Assembly (NCBI GenBank): GCA_965240325.2 | Contig: OZ251237.1 | Span: 1,612,001 to 1,676,000 of the forward strand | Origin: Rebecca billardiae RCC1528 | Taxonomy: Eukaryota; Protista; Haptophyta | Direction of reading: 5' to 3' | DNA: 64,000 nucleotides | Shown: in pieces, positions 10,833 to 21,644 of the stretch | Layout: every line of letters starts with the position of its first letter | Numbering within the stretch: position 1 is the stretch's first letter | Translations under genes and position numbers: made by a program | The notes under the pieces: generated by a model | Database searches by the model: none | What the model was told of the DNA's origin: nothing | Seen by the model: the letters and a program-made list of their open reading frames with translations, nothing else

Positions 10833-12236
10833 ATGGCATTGGTGCGCGCGTGTGCCGAGGCGCGCCTCACCGACGTGCCACCCGAGCTCGTCGCGCGCAT
10901 CCTCGCCCACCTCGATGGCACGCGCGACCTCGCCGCCGCCAACGCCGCCGCGCGCCTCTTCCGCGGCGCGCCGCTCGAGCACGCGCTGCGCGAGCGCGCG
11001 CGCGCGCGTGGGCACGAGGCCGCGCTGCCGGCGACCCTGCCCGTTGGTGTGTCCACGTGGGCGGAGGAGCTGCTCGCGCGCGAGCGTGTACTCGAGCTCA
11101 CGCTCGCGCACACGCGCATTGCAGCCTCCGGTGGATCGTATCGCCACGCGTTCAGCGCGTTTGTCGACGCGGACGGCGGCGTGCACACGTGCGGCGCACC
11201 GCTGGGCCATCCCGAGCTCAGCAAGCAGACGCGCGTGCTCGTGCCGACGCGCGTGGGCTCGCTCGAGGCGGTGCGCGTGCGTGCAGTGGCTGCCGGCGAC
11301 AATCACCTGCTCGCGCTGAGTGAGGCGGGTGGTGTGTACGCGTGCGGCAGCAATGACTACGGCCAGCTGGGCGTGGGCGACAAGGCTGAGCGACGGGCGT
11401 TCGTGCAGGTGGCGGCGCTGGGTGCGGAGCTCGTCGTCGGCATCGGCGCTGGCGCGTACCACAGCTTCGCGCTCACAGCTGCGGGCGCGGCGTACAGCTG
11501 GGGCCACAACGGCTATGGCCAGCTCGGCCACGGCGACACGAAGCAGCGGCTGGAGCCGACGCGCATCGAGGCGCTGGACGGCGTGCGCGTGGGCGGCGTG
11601 GCCCCAGGCAGCCTCCACACGCTGCTGCTCTCGGCGTGCGGCGGCATGTACTCGTGCGGGTATGGTGATCACGGCCGCCTTGGGCACGGTAACGAGCGGC
11701 AGAAGCGCACGCCGCGGCGCATCGTGGTGCTTGCAGGCGTGCGCGCCGTGCACGTGAGCGCTGGCCGCTTCCACAGCCTGGTGGTGGACGCATCGGGCGG
11801 CGCGCACTCCTTCGGACATGGTAGCGGTGGCGCGCTCGGCCACGGTGACGAGGTGCGGCGCTTGGTACCCACGCGCATCGAAGCGCTGATGGGCGTGCAT
11901 GCCGTGCGCGCCAGCGCGGGCGCTTACAGCAGCGCGGTGGTGTGCGCGGACGGCAGCGTGCACACGTTTGGGCTCAACTACTACGGCCAGCTGGGGTTGG
12001 AGGACCGACTCGCTTGCACGCTGCCCGAGCGGGTGGAGGGCCTCGCGCATGCGCGCGTGCTCGACTGCTCGCTCGGTGACGAGCGAGCCCTCTACGTCAC
12101 GGTGGACGGCGGCGTGCACGCGTGCGGCATGCATTCGGGCGCGCTCGGCCTGGGCGTGGGCTTCGATGGCGCACTGCAGCCGACGCTTCAGCGCGTGGTG
12201 CAGCTGCCGCCCCTGCTGCGCTGTGGGCCGCGTTGA
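10833..12236 (+). CDS. F-box + RCC1-repeat protein, array copy 3
   Basis: Intact 467-aa ORF, same architecture as copies 1 and 2. Confidence 0.9.
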   Translation: MALVRACAEARLTDVPPELVARILAHLDGTRDLAAANAAARLFRGAPLEHALRERARARGHEAALPATLPVGVSTWAEELLARERVLELTLAHTRIAASGGSYRHAFSAFVDADGGVHTCGAPLGHPELSKQTRVLVPTRVGSLEAVRVRAVAAGDNHLLALSEAGGVYACGSNDYGQLGVGDKAERRAFVQVAALGAELVVGIGAGAYHSFALTAAGAAYSWGHNGYGQLGHGDTKQRLEPTRIEALDGVRVGGVAPGSLHTLLLSACGGMYSCGYGDHGRLGHGNERQKRTPRRIVVLAGVRAVHVSAGRFHSLVVDASGGAHSFGHGSGGALGHGDEVRRLVPTRIEALMGVHAVRASAGAYSSAVVCADGSVHTFGLNYYGQLGLEDRLACTLPERVEGLAHARVLDCSLGDERALYVTVDGGVHACGMHSGALGLGVGFDGALQPTLQRVVQLPPLLRCGPR

Positions 12237-12713
12237 CCGACCATGCGGTGGCGGGCGCTCGTGTGAGTGTACGGTGTGCGCGTGCTCGCCGCCGCCTTCC
12301 GCACGCCGAATGGGCTGCGATGGGCTGCCAGACGCCAGTCACGGGGCCTGCGCCCATCGTCTCTCACTACACTGAATGTGCAGTACCTGTGCCGCGCACG
12401 CAGCCCGAGCGGACCGAGGCTGAGGCTCGTGTTCAGTCGGGTGCAGCACGGCGGTGCCGGAGCAGCCCACCCAGCAGCCGCCCGAGCTCGCGCTGCCCCA
12501 TGGCGCGGTGCGCCGGCGGGTGGCGAGAGCGATGCTAAGGCGTTCGAGCTGCGTGTGTGGGTGCCATGCATCGCTGGCACCCGGCTCGAGCCTGCGCTGC
12601 TGTGCAAGCACACCCGACACCGCGCGCGCTGGATGACTAGGCGACGATCGAGAAGTCGAGAACCGCCGCCATTATTATTGCGATGACAAGAAAAATAATG
12701 CCAGTAGCGGCTA
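12237..12713 (+). repeat. Intergenic spacer duplicated near-identically at 14815-15284 (tandem gene duplication unit)
   Basis: Direct by-eye alignment shows only a handful of differences; a more diverged partial copy follows 16771. Confidence 0.9.
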
Positions 12714-13317
12714 CAGTTTACTAAGAATAAGAGACGCACACAGCTCAGGCAGGCGAGATTGACGCCCGCCAACTGTCACCGCCCATGGGCATGAAGCCGT
12801 CGCCGATGGTAGCGCCGCCGGAAAAAATCGTTCAGCCGTCCGCCTGCGAGGCCTGGATGTCGATGAGGGCTGCGGCCGCCTCGCGGCGCGCCAGCGCCCG
12901 TCGTCCTCGCCCCACCGTCGTCCACAAAACGTCGTCGTCCGAACTCGCCGACTGGGCGCCGATGCGACAGCGCGCCGACAGGATGAGGATGCCACCCGTC
13001 CCAGAAAGCCTCTGAGCCCGTCTTCGGCTCAGCGGGCTCAAAAACTTCGCAGCGAGGTTTTTGAGCTCAGTGACTATGAAATGGACTGGCAACGAATAGC
13101 TGCGGGTATTTTTCAATACCAGGGGCCTTGATGTAGGGGGCTGGGACGGGTGGAGTAGGGAATGTAGAGCCCCACTGTCGGTTGGGGAAGGTGTGTATCA
13201 AGCGGCATGACTGGGGTAGCTTATCACACAGAAGGCCTGATGGCCCTCACCGTCAGGTTCAAGGTGGTATGTGCCCCAGTGTGGCGTGTCGGCCTCAACC
13301 GGCCGGCGGCAGGGTTC
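12714..13317. mobile_element. Insertion at a TA site with one Tc1/pogo-like terminus (CAGTTTACTAAGAATAAGAGACGCAC)
   Basis: Absent from the paralogous spacer (ggcTAgagaatcc at ~15280) and flanked by TA on both sides. The same 43-nt end recurs inverted at 27683-27725. No matching TIR at the right end. Confidence 0.65.
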
Positions 13318-13386
13318 TAGAGAATCCATTTCCTGGATGTCCCTGATCGGTGCGCCCAAGCCAACGAAGCGCGCCGACGACAGCGC

Positions 13387-14814
13387 ATGGCACCGACGAC
13401 GCGTGCGCGCGCCAAGGCGCGCTCGGCAGCGGCTGCCGTGCGGCTGACCGACGTGCCGCCCGAGCTGGTCGCGCGCGTCCTCGGCCATCTCGATCACGTG
13501 CGAGACCTCGCCGCCGCCAACGCCGCCGCGCGCCTCTTCCGCGGCGCGCCGCTCGAGCACGCGCTGCGCGAGCGCGCGCGCGCGCGCGGGCACGAGGCCG
13601 CGCTGCCGGCAATCCTGCCCGTTGGCGTGTTCACGTGGGCGGAGGAGCTGCTCGCGCGCGAGCGCGTTCTCGAGCTCGCGCACGCGCACACGCGCATTGC
13701 AGCCTCCGGTGGAGTGTATCCCGACATGTTCAGCGCGTTTGTCGACGCGGACGGCGGCGTGCACACATGTGGCGCACCGCTGGGCCATCCCGAGCTCAGC
13801 AGGGAGGCGCGCGTGCTCGTGCCGACGGGCGTGAGCTCGCTCGAGTCGGTGCGCGTGGATGCAGTGGCTGCCGGCGACAAGCACCTGCTCGCGCTGAGCG
13901 AGGCGGGCGCCGTGTACGCGTGCGGCAGCAACAGCTTCGGCCAGCTGGGCGTGGGTGACAAGGCTGAGCGACGGGCATTCGTGCAGGTGGCGGCGCTGGG
14001 CGCAGAGCTCGTCGTCGGCATTTGCGCTGGCGCATTCTACAGCCTTGCGCTTACGGCCGCCGGTGCGGCGTACAGCTGGGGCTGTGACAGCTATGGCCAG
14101 CTCGGCCACGGCGACAAGGTGGACCGGCTGGAGCCAACGCGCATCGAGGCGCTGGACGGCGTGCGTGTGGGCGGCGTGGCCGCGGGCGAGGCGCACACGC
14201 TGCTGCTCTCGGCGTGCGGCGCCGTGTTCTCGTGCGGGGGTGCCAATGCCGGCCGCCTCGGCCACGGTGACGAGCAGCGGCAGCGCACGCCGCGGCGCAT
14301 CGAGGCGCTCGAAGGCGTGCGCGCCGTGCACGTGAGCGCGGGCCGCTACCACAGCCTGGTGGTGGACGCAGCGGGCGGCGTGCACTCCTTCGGAGACACG
14401 TTTGCTGGCGCGCTCGGCCACGGTGACCGGGCGCTTCGTTTGGTGCCCACGCGCATCGAAGCATTGGGCGGCATGCGTGCCGTGCGCGCCAGCGCGGGCT
14501 GTTACACCAGCGCTGTGGTGTGTGCGGACGGCAGCGTGCACGCGTTTGGGAACAACAGCTGCGGCCAGCTGGGGCTGGGGGACCGAGAGGATCGCCTGCT
14601 GCCCGAGCGGGTGGAGGGCCTGGCGCATGCGCGCGTGGTCGACTGCTCGCTCGGTGACGAGCAAGCCCTCTACGTCACGGTGGACGGCGGCGTGCACGCG
14701 TGCGGCACGCATTCGGGCGCGCTCGGCCTGGGCGTGGGCGACGACGGTGGAGCGCAGCCGACGCTTCAGCGCGTGGTGCAGCTGCCGCCCCTGCTGCGCT
14801 GTGAGCCGCGCTGA
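13387..14814 (+). CDS. F-box + RCC1-repeat protein, array copy 4
   Basis: Intact 475-aa ORF. Confidence 0.9.
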   Translation: MAPTTRARAKARSAAAAVRLTDVPPELVARVLGHLDHVRDLAAANAAARLFRGAPLEHALRERARARGHEAALPAILPVGVFTWAEELLARERVLELAHAHTRIAASGGVYPDMFSAFVDADGGVHTCGAPLGHPELSREARVLVPTGVSSLESVRVDAVAAGDKHLLALSEAGAVYACGSNSFGQLGVGDKAERRAFVQVAALGAELVVGICAGAFYSLALTAAGAAYSWGCDSYGQLGHGDKVDRLEPTRIEALDGVRVGGVAAGEAHTLLLSACGAVFSCGGANAGRLGHGDEQRQRTPRRIEALEGVRAVHVSAGRYHSLVVDAAGGVHSFGDTFAGALGHGDRALRLVPTRIEALGGMRAVRASAGCYTSAVVCADGSVHAFGNNSCGQLGLGDREDRLLPERVEGLAHARVVDCSLGDEQALYVTVDGGVHACGTHSGALGLGVGDDGGAQPTLQRVVQLPPLLRCEPR

Positions 14815-15346
14815 CCGACCGTGCGGTGGCGGGCGCTCGTGTGAGTGTACGGTGTGCGCGTGCTCGCCGCCGCCTTCCGCACGCCGAATGGGCTGCGATG
14901 GGCTGCCAGGCGCCAGTCACGGGGCCTGCGCCCATCGTCTCTCACTACACTGAATGTGCAGTACCTGTGCCGCGCACGCAGCCCGAGCGGACCGAGGCTG
15001 AGGCTCGTGTTCAGTCGGGTGCAGCACGGCGGTGCCGGAGCAGCCCAGCCAGCAGCCGCCCGAGCTCGCGCTGCCCCATGGCGCGGTGCGCCGGCGGGTG
15101 GCGAGAGCGATGCTAAGGCGTTCGAGCTGCGTGTGTGGGTGCCATGCATCGCTGGCACCCGGCTCGAGCCTGCGCTGCTGTGCAAGCACACCCGACACCG
15201 CGCGCGCTGGATGACTTGGCCACGATCGAGAAGTCGCGAGAACCGCCGCCATTATTGCGACAAGAAAAATAATGCCAGCGGCTAGAGAATCCATTTTCCT
15301 GGATGTCCCTGATCGGTGCGCCCACCAAGCGCGCCGACGACAGCGC

Positions 15347-16771
15347 ATGGCACCGACGACGCGTGCGCGCGCCAAGGCGCGCTCGGCAGCGGCTGCCGTG
15401 CGGCTGACCGACGTGCCGCCCGAGCTGGTCGCGCGCATCCTCGGCCATCTCGATCACGTGCGTGACCTCGCCGCCGCCAACGCCGCCGCGCGCCTCTTCC
15501 GCGGCGCGCCGCTCGAGCACGCGCTGCGCGAGCGCGCGCGCACGCGCGGGCACGAGGCCGCGCTGCCGGCAACCCTGCCCGTTGGCGTGTTCACGTGGGC
15601 GGAGGAGCTGCTCGCGCGCGAGCGCATTCTCGAGCTCGCACACGAGCACAAGCGCATTGCAGCCTCCGGTGGATCGTATGACGATGCGTTCAGCGCGTTT
15701 GTCGACGCGGACGGCGGCGTGCACACATGTGGCGCACCGCTGGGCCATCCCGAGCTCAGCAGGGAGGCGCGCGTGCTCGTGCCGACGGGCGTGAGCTCGC
15801 TCGAGGCGGTGCGCGTGCGTGCAGTGGCTGCCGGCCACACGCACCTGCTCGCGCTGAGCGAGGCGGGTGCCGTGTACGCGTGCGGCAGCAACGGCTACGG
15901 CCAGCTGGGCGTGGGCGACAAGGCTGAGCGACGGGCGTTCGTGCAGGTGGCGGCGCTGGGTGCGGGGCTCGTCGTCGGCATCGGCGCTGGCCTTGCCCTC
16001 AGCCTGGCGCTCACGACCGCTGGCTCGGCGTACAGCTGGGGCATCAACGATATGGGCCAGCTCGGCCACGGCGACACGGAGGACCGGCTGGAGCCGACGC
16101 GCATCGAGGCGCTGGACGGCGTGCGCGTGGGCGGCGTGGCCGCTGGCAGGTGGCACACGCTGCTGCTCTCGGCGTGCGGCGCCGTGTACTCGTGCGGGTA
16201 TGCCGATTCCGGCCGCCTTGGCCATGGTGACGAGCAGGCACAGCGCATGCCGCGGCGCATCGAGGCGCTCGAAGGCGTGCGCGCCGTGCATGTGAGCGCT
16301 GGCCGCTACCACAGCCTGGTGGTGGACGCAGCGGGCGGTGTGCACTCCTTTGGAGGCGGTGGCGTTGTGGCGCTCGGCCACGGTGACCGGGCGCTTCGTT
16401 TGGTGCCCACGCGCATCGAAGCGCTGGGCGGCATGCGTGCCGTGCGCGCCAGCGCGGGCTGTTACACCAGCGCTGTGGTGTGTGCGGACGGCAGCGTGCA
16501 CACGTTTGGGTCCAACTGCTTGGGCGAGCTGGGCCTGGGGCACCGAATGGGTCGCACGCTGCCAGAGCGTGTGGAGGGCCTCACGCATGCGTGCGTGCTC
16601 GACTGCTCACTCGGCGATAGCCACGCCCTCTACGTCACGGCGGACGGCTGCGCGCACGCATGCGGCAGACGCTCGGGCGCGCTCGGCCTGGGCGTGGGCA
16701 ACGGTGGCGGAGTGCAGCTGACGCTGCAGCGCGTGGCGCAGCTGCCGCCCCTGCGCTGTGGGCGTCGCTGA
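15347..16771 (+). CDS. F-box + RCC1-repeat protein, array copy 5
   Basis: Intact ORF; ATG at 15347 (MAPTTR) by homology, with an in-frame upstream ATG at 15272. Confidence 0.9.
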   Translation: MAPTTRARAKARSAAAAVRLTDVPPELVARILGHLDHVRDLAAANAAARLFRGAPLEHALRERARTRGHEAALPATLPVGVFTWAEELLARERILELAHEHKRIAASGGSYDDAFSAFVDADGGVHTCGAPLGHPELSREARVLVPTGVSSLEAVRVRAVAAGHTHLLALSEAGAVYACGSNGYGQLGVGDKAERRAFVQVAALGAGLVVGIGAGLALSLALTTAGSAYSWGINDMGQLGHGDTEDRLEPTRIEALDGVRVGGVAAGRWHTLLLSACGAVYSCGYADSGRLGHGDEQAQRMPRRIEALEGVRAVHVSAGRYHSLVVDAAGGVHSFGGGGVVALGHGDRALRLVPTRIEALGGMRAVRASAGCYTSAVVCADGSVHTFGSNCLGELGLGHRMGRTLPERVEGLTHACVLDCSLGDSHALYVTADGCAHACGRRSGALGLGVGNGGGVQLTLQRVAQLPPLRCGRR

Positions 16772-17429
16772 GCGACCGGCCAGAGGTGGGTGCTGGCTGC
16801 GCAGGCTGGTGAGTGTACGGCGTGCGCGTGCTCGCCGCCGCCTTCCTCACGCCGAACGGGCTGCGATGGGCTGCCAGGCGCCGGTCACGGGGTCAAACCT
16901 GCGGCCATGACGGCCATCGTCCCTCGCTGTGCTGACTGTGCAGTCAGCAGTGCATGTGCCGCGCACGCAGCCCGAGCGGTGCGAGGATCGTGTTCAGTCG
17001 TCGGACATTGCAGCACCGAGCACGGCGGTGCCGGAGCAGCCCAGGCTGTCGCAGGCACAGATCGACTCACTAGCCGCCGCCGCTCCGCAACCGAATGCGC
17101 ATGAGGCGGCGCAGCCGCCGTCGGCCCGCACGGGCGCACGGCGGCCGGCGCGCCGGTCGTGCAATCTGACGGACACAGACGAGACAGAGACGACAGGCGG
17201 CCGCCAGACTGAATCGTCACAACGCGCGAACGAAAACACATGATGCATCATCAGCATCGTCATCTAATCATATCATCATCGGCCTGTTTTATTTCTACCA
17301 GATTCCATTTACTATGTCACGGCGACAAACCCGTGCGGACCCGCCAGTGGGAATGAGTGTCACGCCCCGTTCAGTGTACCTCTCACGGCCGATGGCGGCC
17401 CCCACGTGCGTGAGGAATGCGATTCGTGC

Positions 17430-17830
17430 ACTCCTCGGTGACCGGTGAGTGCACGAATCCAGTTGCGGCGCTCGTCCGCCTCGTCGTCGTCGCACACGAG
17501 GTACACTGAAGAGCACGGGTCAGAAGCCAGATCTCTCTGCGCGCTCGCCGGCCCGCGTGGTGAGGCACTGGCAGGCTTGTTCTCATCATCTTGGCCAAGA
17601 CTGCAGCCTGCCAGATGCGCGATGACGCGTGTGCACGCCTTTCTGCGCGCCATGGGTGCGCGGGGCACGCACCTTGTCGTCATCTACGCCGAGGAGGCCT
17701 GAACAACCGGCCCACCAACCTGCCGTGACAACGTTCAAATGCAGGCGACAAGCTGCATGCGCAAACATCTCACGCTCGACAAGGAAGTGGCGGCGGAGCG
17801 AGTAGAGCTGGTATCGTTTGCAGTCCATCT
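17430..17830 (-). pseudogene. Possible decayed PH-domain gene fragment
   Basis: Pieces RRHFLV, IAHLAGCS and VYLVCDDDEADERRNWIRAL are in PH-domain order but interrupted by a stop codon/frame change. Confidence 0.35.
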
Positions 17831-18186
17831 GTCGTTCAACACTCCTGGTTCACCAACTCACACGGGCGCGACGCAGCCACGGCAGAGTGCTTGCAGCTTG
17901 CAACGCGCCCGCAACCGCGGTTTGCTGCCGCGGCGCGGCGATCGTCACACTGCCGTGCGCTGCGAGTGACCCGTCTGTGTCATGGCGAAGCACCATGGCA
18001 AGGCTTAGCAGCAAGCATTGGCATGATCTTTAGCTACAGCTCAGCGCCCTAGTACGAACATGCGCCAACGACGTGCCATCACTACTCCAATCGCGCCGGT
18101 ACCCACCACCAGCGGGCAAGCCGCCATTTTACCGCGTTGGCGAATGTCGCCGTTGGGCTCTGGTAGAAATAAAACAGGCCCATCAC

Positions 18187-18740
<554 letters not shown>

Positions 18741-19165
18741 GTAGGGGGTCCATGACAGCAGCCCACTGAATTGTGATTTTCGACAACCATGCGATTTAGG
18801 TGTCTGACGAGCGTTGCGCTTGCGGAGGCACCCACAAATATGTCCCGGAACCCAGCCCAGCCGTCAGAAGCACCCAAAACCGACTCCGCGTGCCGTCGCG
18901 CGGTCGTGCGCGCACGCCAGCTGCACCACTGTGTCACATACAGATTCAGCCAAACGTCAACGACTTGTTATGGCGGCTAAATGACGGTATATATCGTCGA
19001 AATCACTTATTCATAACCGTTGCAACCCGCCCCAACAAAATTAAGGTGGACTTGCTAAATTTTAGTAGGCACGATGAGTGTGCTTAGAGGTCGGTGAAAA
19101 ACTACTCCAAGATCGAGCATGTTACCCACTTAATTAGAGACACGTACCCGCATATATGCGCTTAC

Positions 19166-19639
19166 TGATAGCGGCGTGTAAGCGCTTTGGATGCGTGTGG
19201 TGCGTGAGCTCCTGAGGCGATGCGGAACGCGAGTCCCTGACGGTGTGTCTGCACTGGGCAATGGCCGACAGACGGACACGAAAACGATGAGACGAGCTTC
19301 CAGACACAACACAGCACGCTCAGCGACTTTTGATCTCAAGTCCGGGGATTGCAACTGCAAATAACAAAGTTGATGAAATCGGTTCAGCACTTAGTCGTTG
19401 ACAAATTAACTTTGATAGTACGCGTGCAGCTTGGATTATGGATAGGAAAACTGGAAGCAGCGGACGGACATCACTAGTCGTGCAGAAATTGACGAGACAT
19501 CTCTAGGATGCTCGTCAACTGTTCAGGCTGTAGATTGGAACTCAAGGAGGGTTTGTTTATCCGGAAATCCCAGTGTGGGTCTCTTTTCCCAGTGGCTCTC
19601 AGCGTGGAAAACCCCGAACAACTCGGATAACCTCGGACA
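19166..19639 (-). repeat. 3' LTR of Copia element
   Basis: Direct repeat of 26548-27021. Confidence 0.97.
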
Positions 19640-19670
19640 CCCCCCCACAATCGGAAGCTTACCCTGTGAC

Positions 19671-21644
19671 TTATATGTCCAGGACAAAAGCATGAAGCAT
19701 CCGATGTAGGAACTTCAAGAAATCCGCCTTTGGTAACGCCTTGGTGAATATATCAGCAATATTCTCAGCAGTGTGGACTTTCTCCACGACGACTGCGCCC
19801 AATTCCACGCAATCGCGGATAAAATGATGGCGCACGTCTATGTGCTTGGAGCGGCGATGGTGAACGGCATTCTTGGACAGATCTTTCGCCCCCTTATTAT
19901 CTTCGTGGATGACCACGTGATTTGGGCATGTCTGACCAAGTAGATCGGTAAGTACATCTCTGAGATATACTGCCTCCTTGGCTCCCTCAGAAAGAGTGAT
20001 GTACTCCGCTTCACACGAGGATAAAGCAGCGATAGACTGCTTGAACGAACGCCAGGTGACTGGAGCACCGGCGAAGAAATAAACGTATCCTCCGGTGGAG
20101 CGTCGCCGTTCGGCATCATTGGCCCAATCCGAGTCCACAAACATTTCGTTGTGAATGTATCTCGGCTGCGCAGGATCGCGCTGTGAAGCCGCTGCCTTGC
20201 TGATATATTTCAGTCCCACGGTGCGAGTACCAGCGAGATACCGCAACACGCGTTTGGCTGCCACCATATCGGTGGAGTCAGGCTTTGCCATCTTCCGTGC
20301 GAGCATGTTCACCGCGTAGCTGATGTCAGGACGACACGCGTTCATGACAAACAGCAGCGCGCCGACGAGAGCTCGAAATTTCGATGCATCTCGGTCGCTC
20401 AGCGCCTCGCCCTCAGGCTCAGGCTGGCTGTTGCTCACTCGCATCGGAGTCTCGGATCCGCTCAAATTGGACACGGAGTGCTTCTCAAGCAACTCGCTGA
20501 TGTACTTGCTCATGTGAATGAGCGTACAATCGCGCTCCTGTCGGATACTCAATCCGACAAAGCTGTCCAGCGGACCGAGGTCCTTGACTTCGTAAAATTT
20601 GCCTAGCTCGGCGATGATCCCCTTGGGGCGATTCTTGTCTGCCGAGTTGCTCATGACGATAATATCGTCGACGTAAACACCGATGATATCGGTTACGTCT
20701 TTCTCACGCCTGATGTAAATGCACCAAGATTGTGCCAGGCGCTCGAAACGAATCTTGAGCAGAATTTTGTGGTTGTGTAAGTACCACATACGACTCCCTT
20801 GTTTGAAGCCGTTCAAATTCTTAATTGCTCTGCCAGCTGCAATCTCATTTTCACCTGGTGACAGATTGTGATGATACAGCGGCGGCAAGCTGATGTACAT
20901 GTTTGTACTCTCAGCGTCAGCATTGAGGAATGCTGTGGCTGCATCTGCTCCGTGTACCAACCAAGGACGCTGAGGGCTCCTGTAATAGGTGGCGATCGCG
21001 AGCAGCAGCCTGACTTCCTCGTACCTGATGGTAGGAGAGAAGACTTCATCGTAATTCAAGCCCTTGATCTGTCGGAAACCTTGCACGACCAAGCGCGCTT
21101 TGAATTTCTCGACAGTGCCGTCAGGCTTGGCCTTTACCTTGAAGACCAGCTTCGACGGAATAACCTTCGTATTCTTCGGTACCAAGACCGGCTTAAAGGT
21201 TTTGAGATTCTCGTGAGCTTGATATTCGGCCATAATAGCTTTGGCCCACTCATCTGCGTACTCGGACTCCAAAGCTTCCTTGACGGAATTGGGTACCGGA
21301 ATATTTGCAGCGAGTCTTACGAGGTTCGCATGCTGTTCGACGCTCAAAGCGCGTTCCAGCAGTCGATTGGAGCGGCGCACTGCGCCTCCGAGGGACGTTG
21401 GCCTGTCCAACTCGGTTTCCTCCAATGTCTCATCCTCCTCATCATCTGCCTCTTCTCCATCGCGATCAGTCTCAGACGTGCCGCGCACATGACTGCCGTC
21501 AAACGGCGAAACGGCTTGGTCGGTGTCTTGCGACTGACGCTCTGGCGGATCACGCTCGTCATCTGACGAGTCGTCTATGTCCTCGAGAGCAGGTTGGGGA
21601 GGTAGCTTGGAAGCCTTATCCTTGGGACCGCCCCCCCAGGTCAA
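19671..21644 (-). CDS. Copia reverse transcriptase + RNase H (pol C-terminal part)
   Basis: KFKARLVVQGF.Q..G..Y.EVFSP, YVDD, RPDISYAV, DSDWA, SSCEAEY, EDN, KHIDVRHH, ADIFTKAL. Confidence 0.95.
   Translation of the reverse strand: MTWGGGPKDKASKLPPQPALEDIDDSSDDERDPPERQSQDTDQAVSPFDGSHVRGTSETDRDGEEADDEEDETLEETELDRPTSLGGAVRRSNRLLERALSVEQHANLVRLAANIPVPNSVKEALESEYADEWAKAIMAEYQAHENLKTFKPVLVPKNTKVIPSKLVFKVKAKPDGTVEKFKARLVVQGFRQIKGLNYDEVFSPTIRYEEVRLLLAIATYYRSPQRPWLVHGADAATAFLNADAESTNMYISLPPLYHHNLSPGENEIAAGRAIKNLNGFKQGSRMWYLHNHKILLKIRFERLAQSWCIYIRREKDVTDIIGVYVDDIIVMSNSADKNRPKGIIAELGKFYEVKDLGPLDSFVGLSIRQERDCTLIHMSKYISELLEKHSVSNLSGSETPMRVSNSQPEPEGEALSDRDASKFRALVGALLFVMNACRPDISYAVNMLARKMAKPDSTDMVAAKRVLRYLAGTRTVGLKYISKAAASQRDPAQPRYIHNEMFVDSDWANDAERRRSTGGYVYFFAGAPVTWRSFKQSIAALSSCEAEYITLSEGAKEAVYLRDVLTDLLGQTCPNHVVIHEDNKGAKDLSKNAVHHRRSKHIDVRHHFIRDCVELGAVVVEKVHTAENIADIFTKALPKADFLKFLHRMLHAFVLDI

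Noticed and set aside
12714-13320. Helitron (ends in CTAG)
   Set aside because: The CTAG is also present in the empty paralogous site; no 5' TC and no A|T target.
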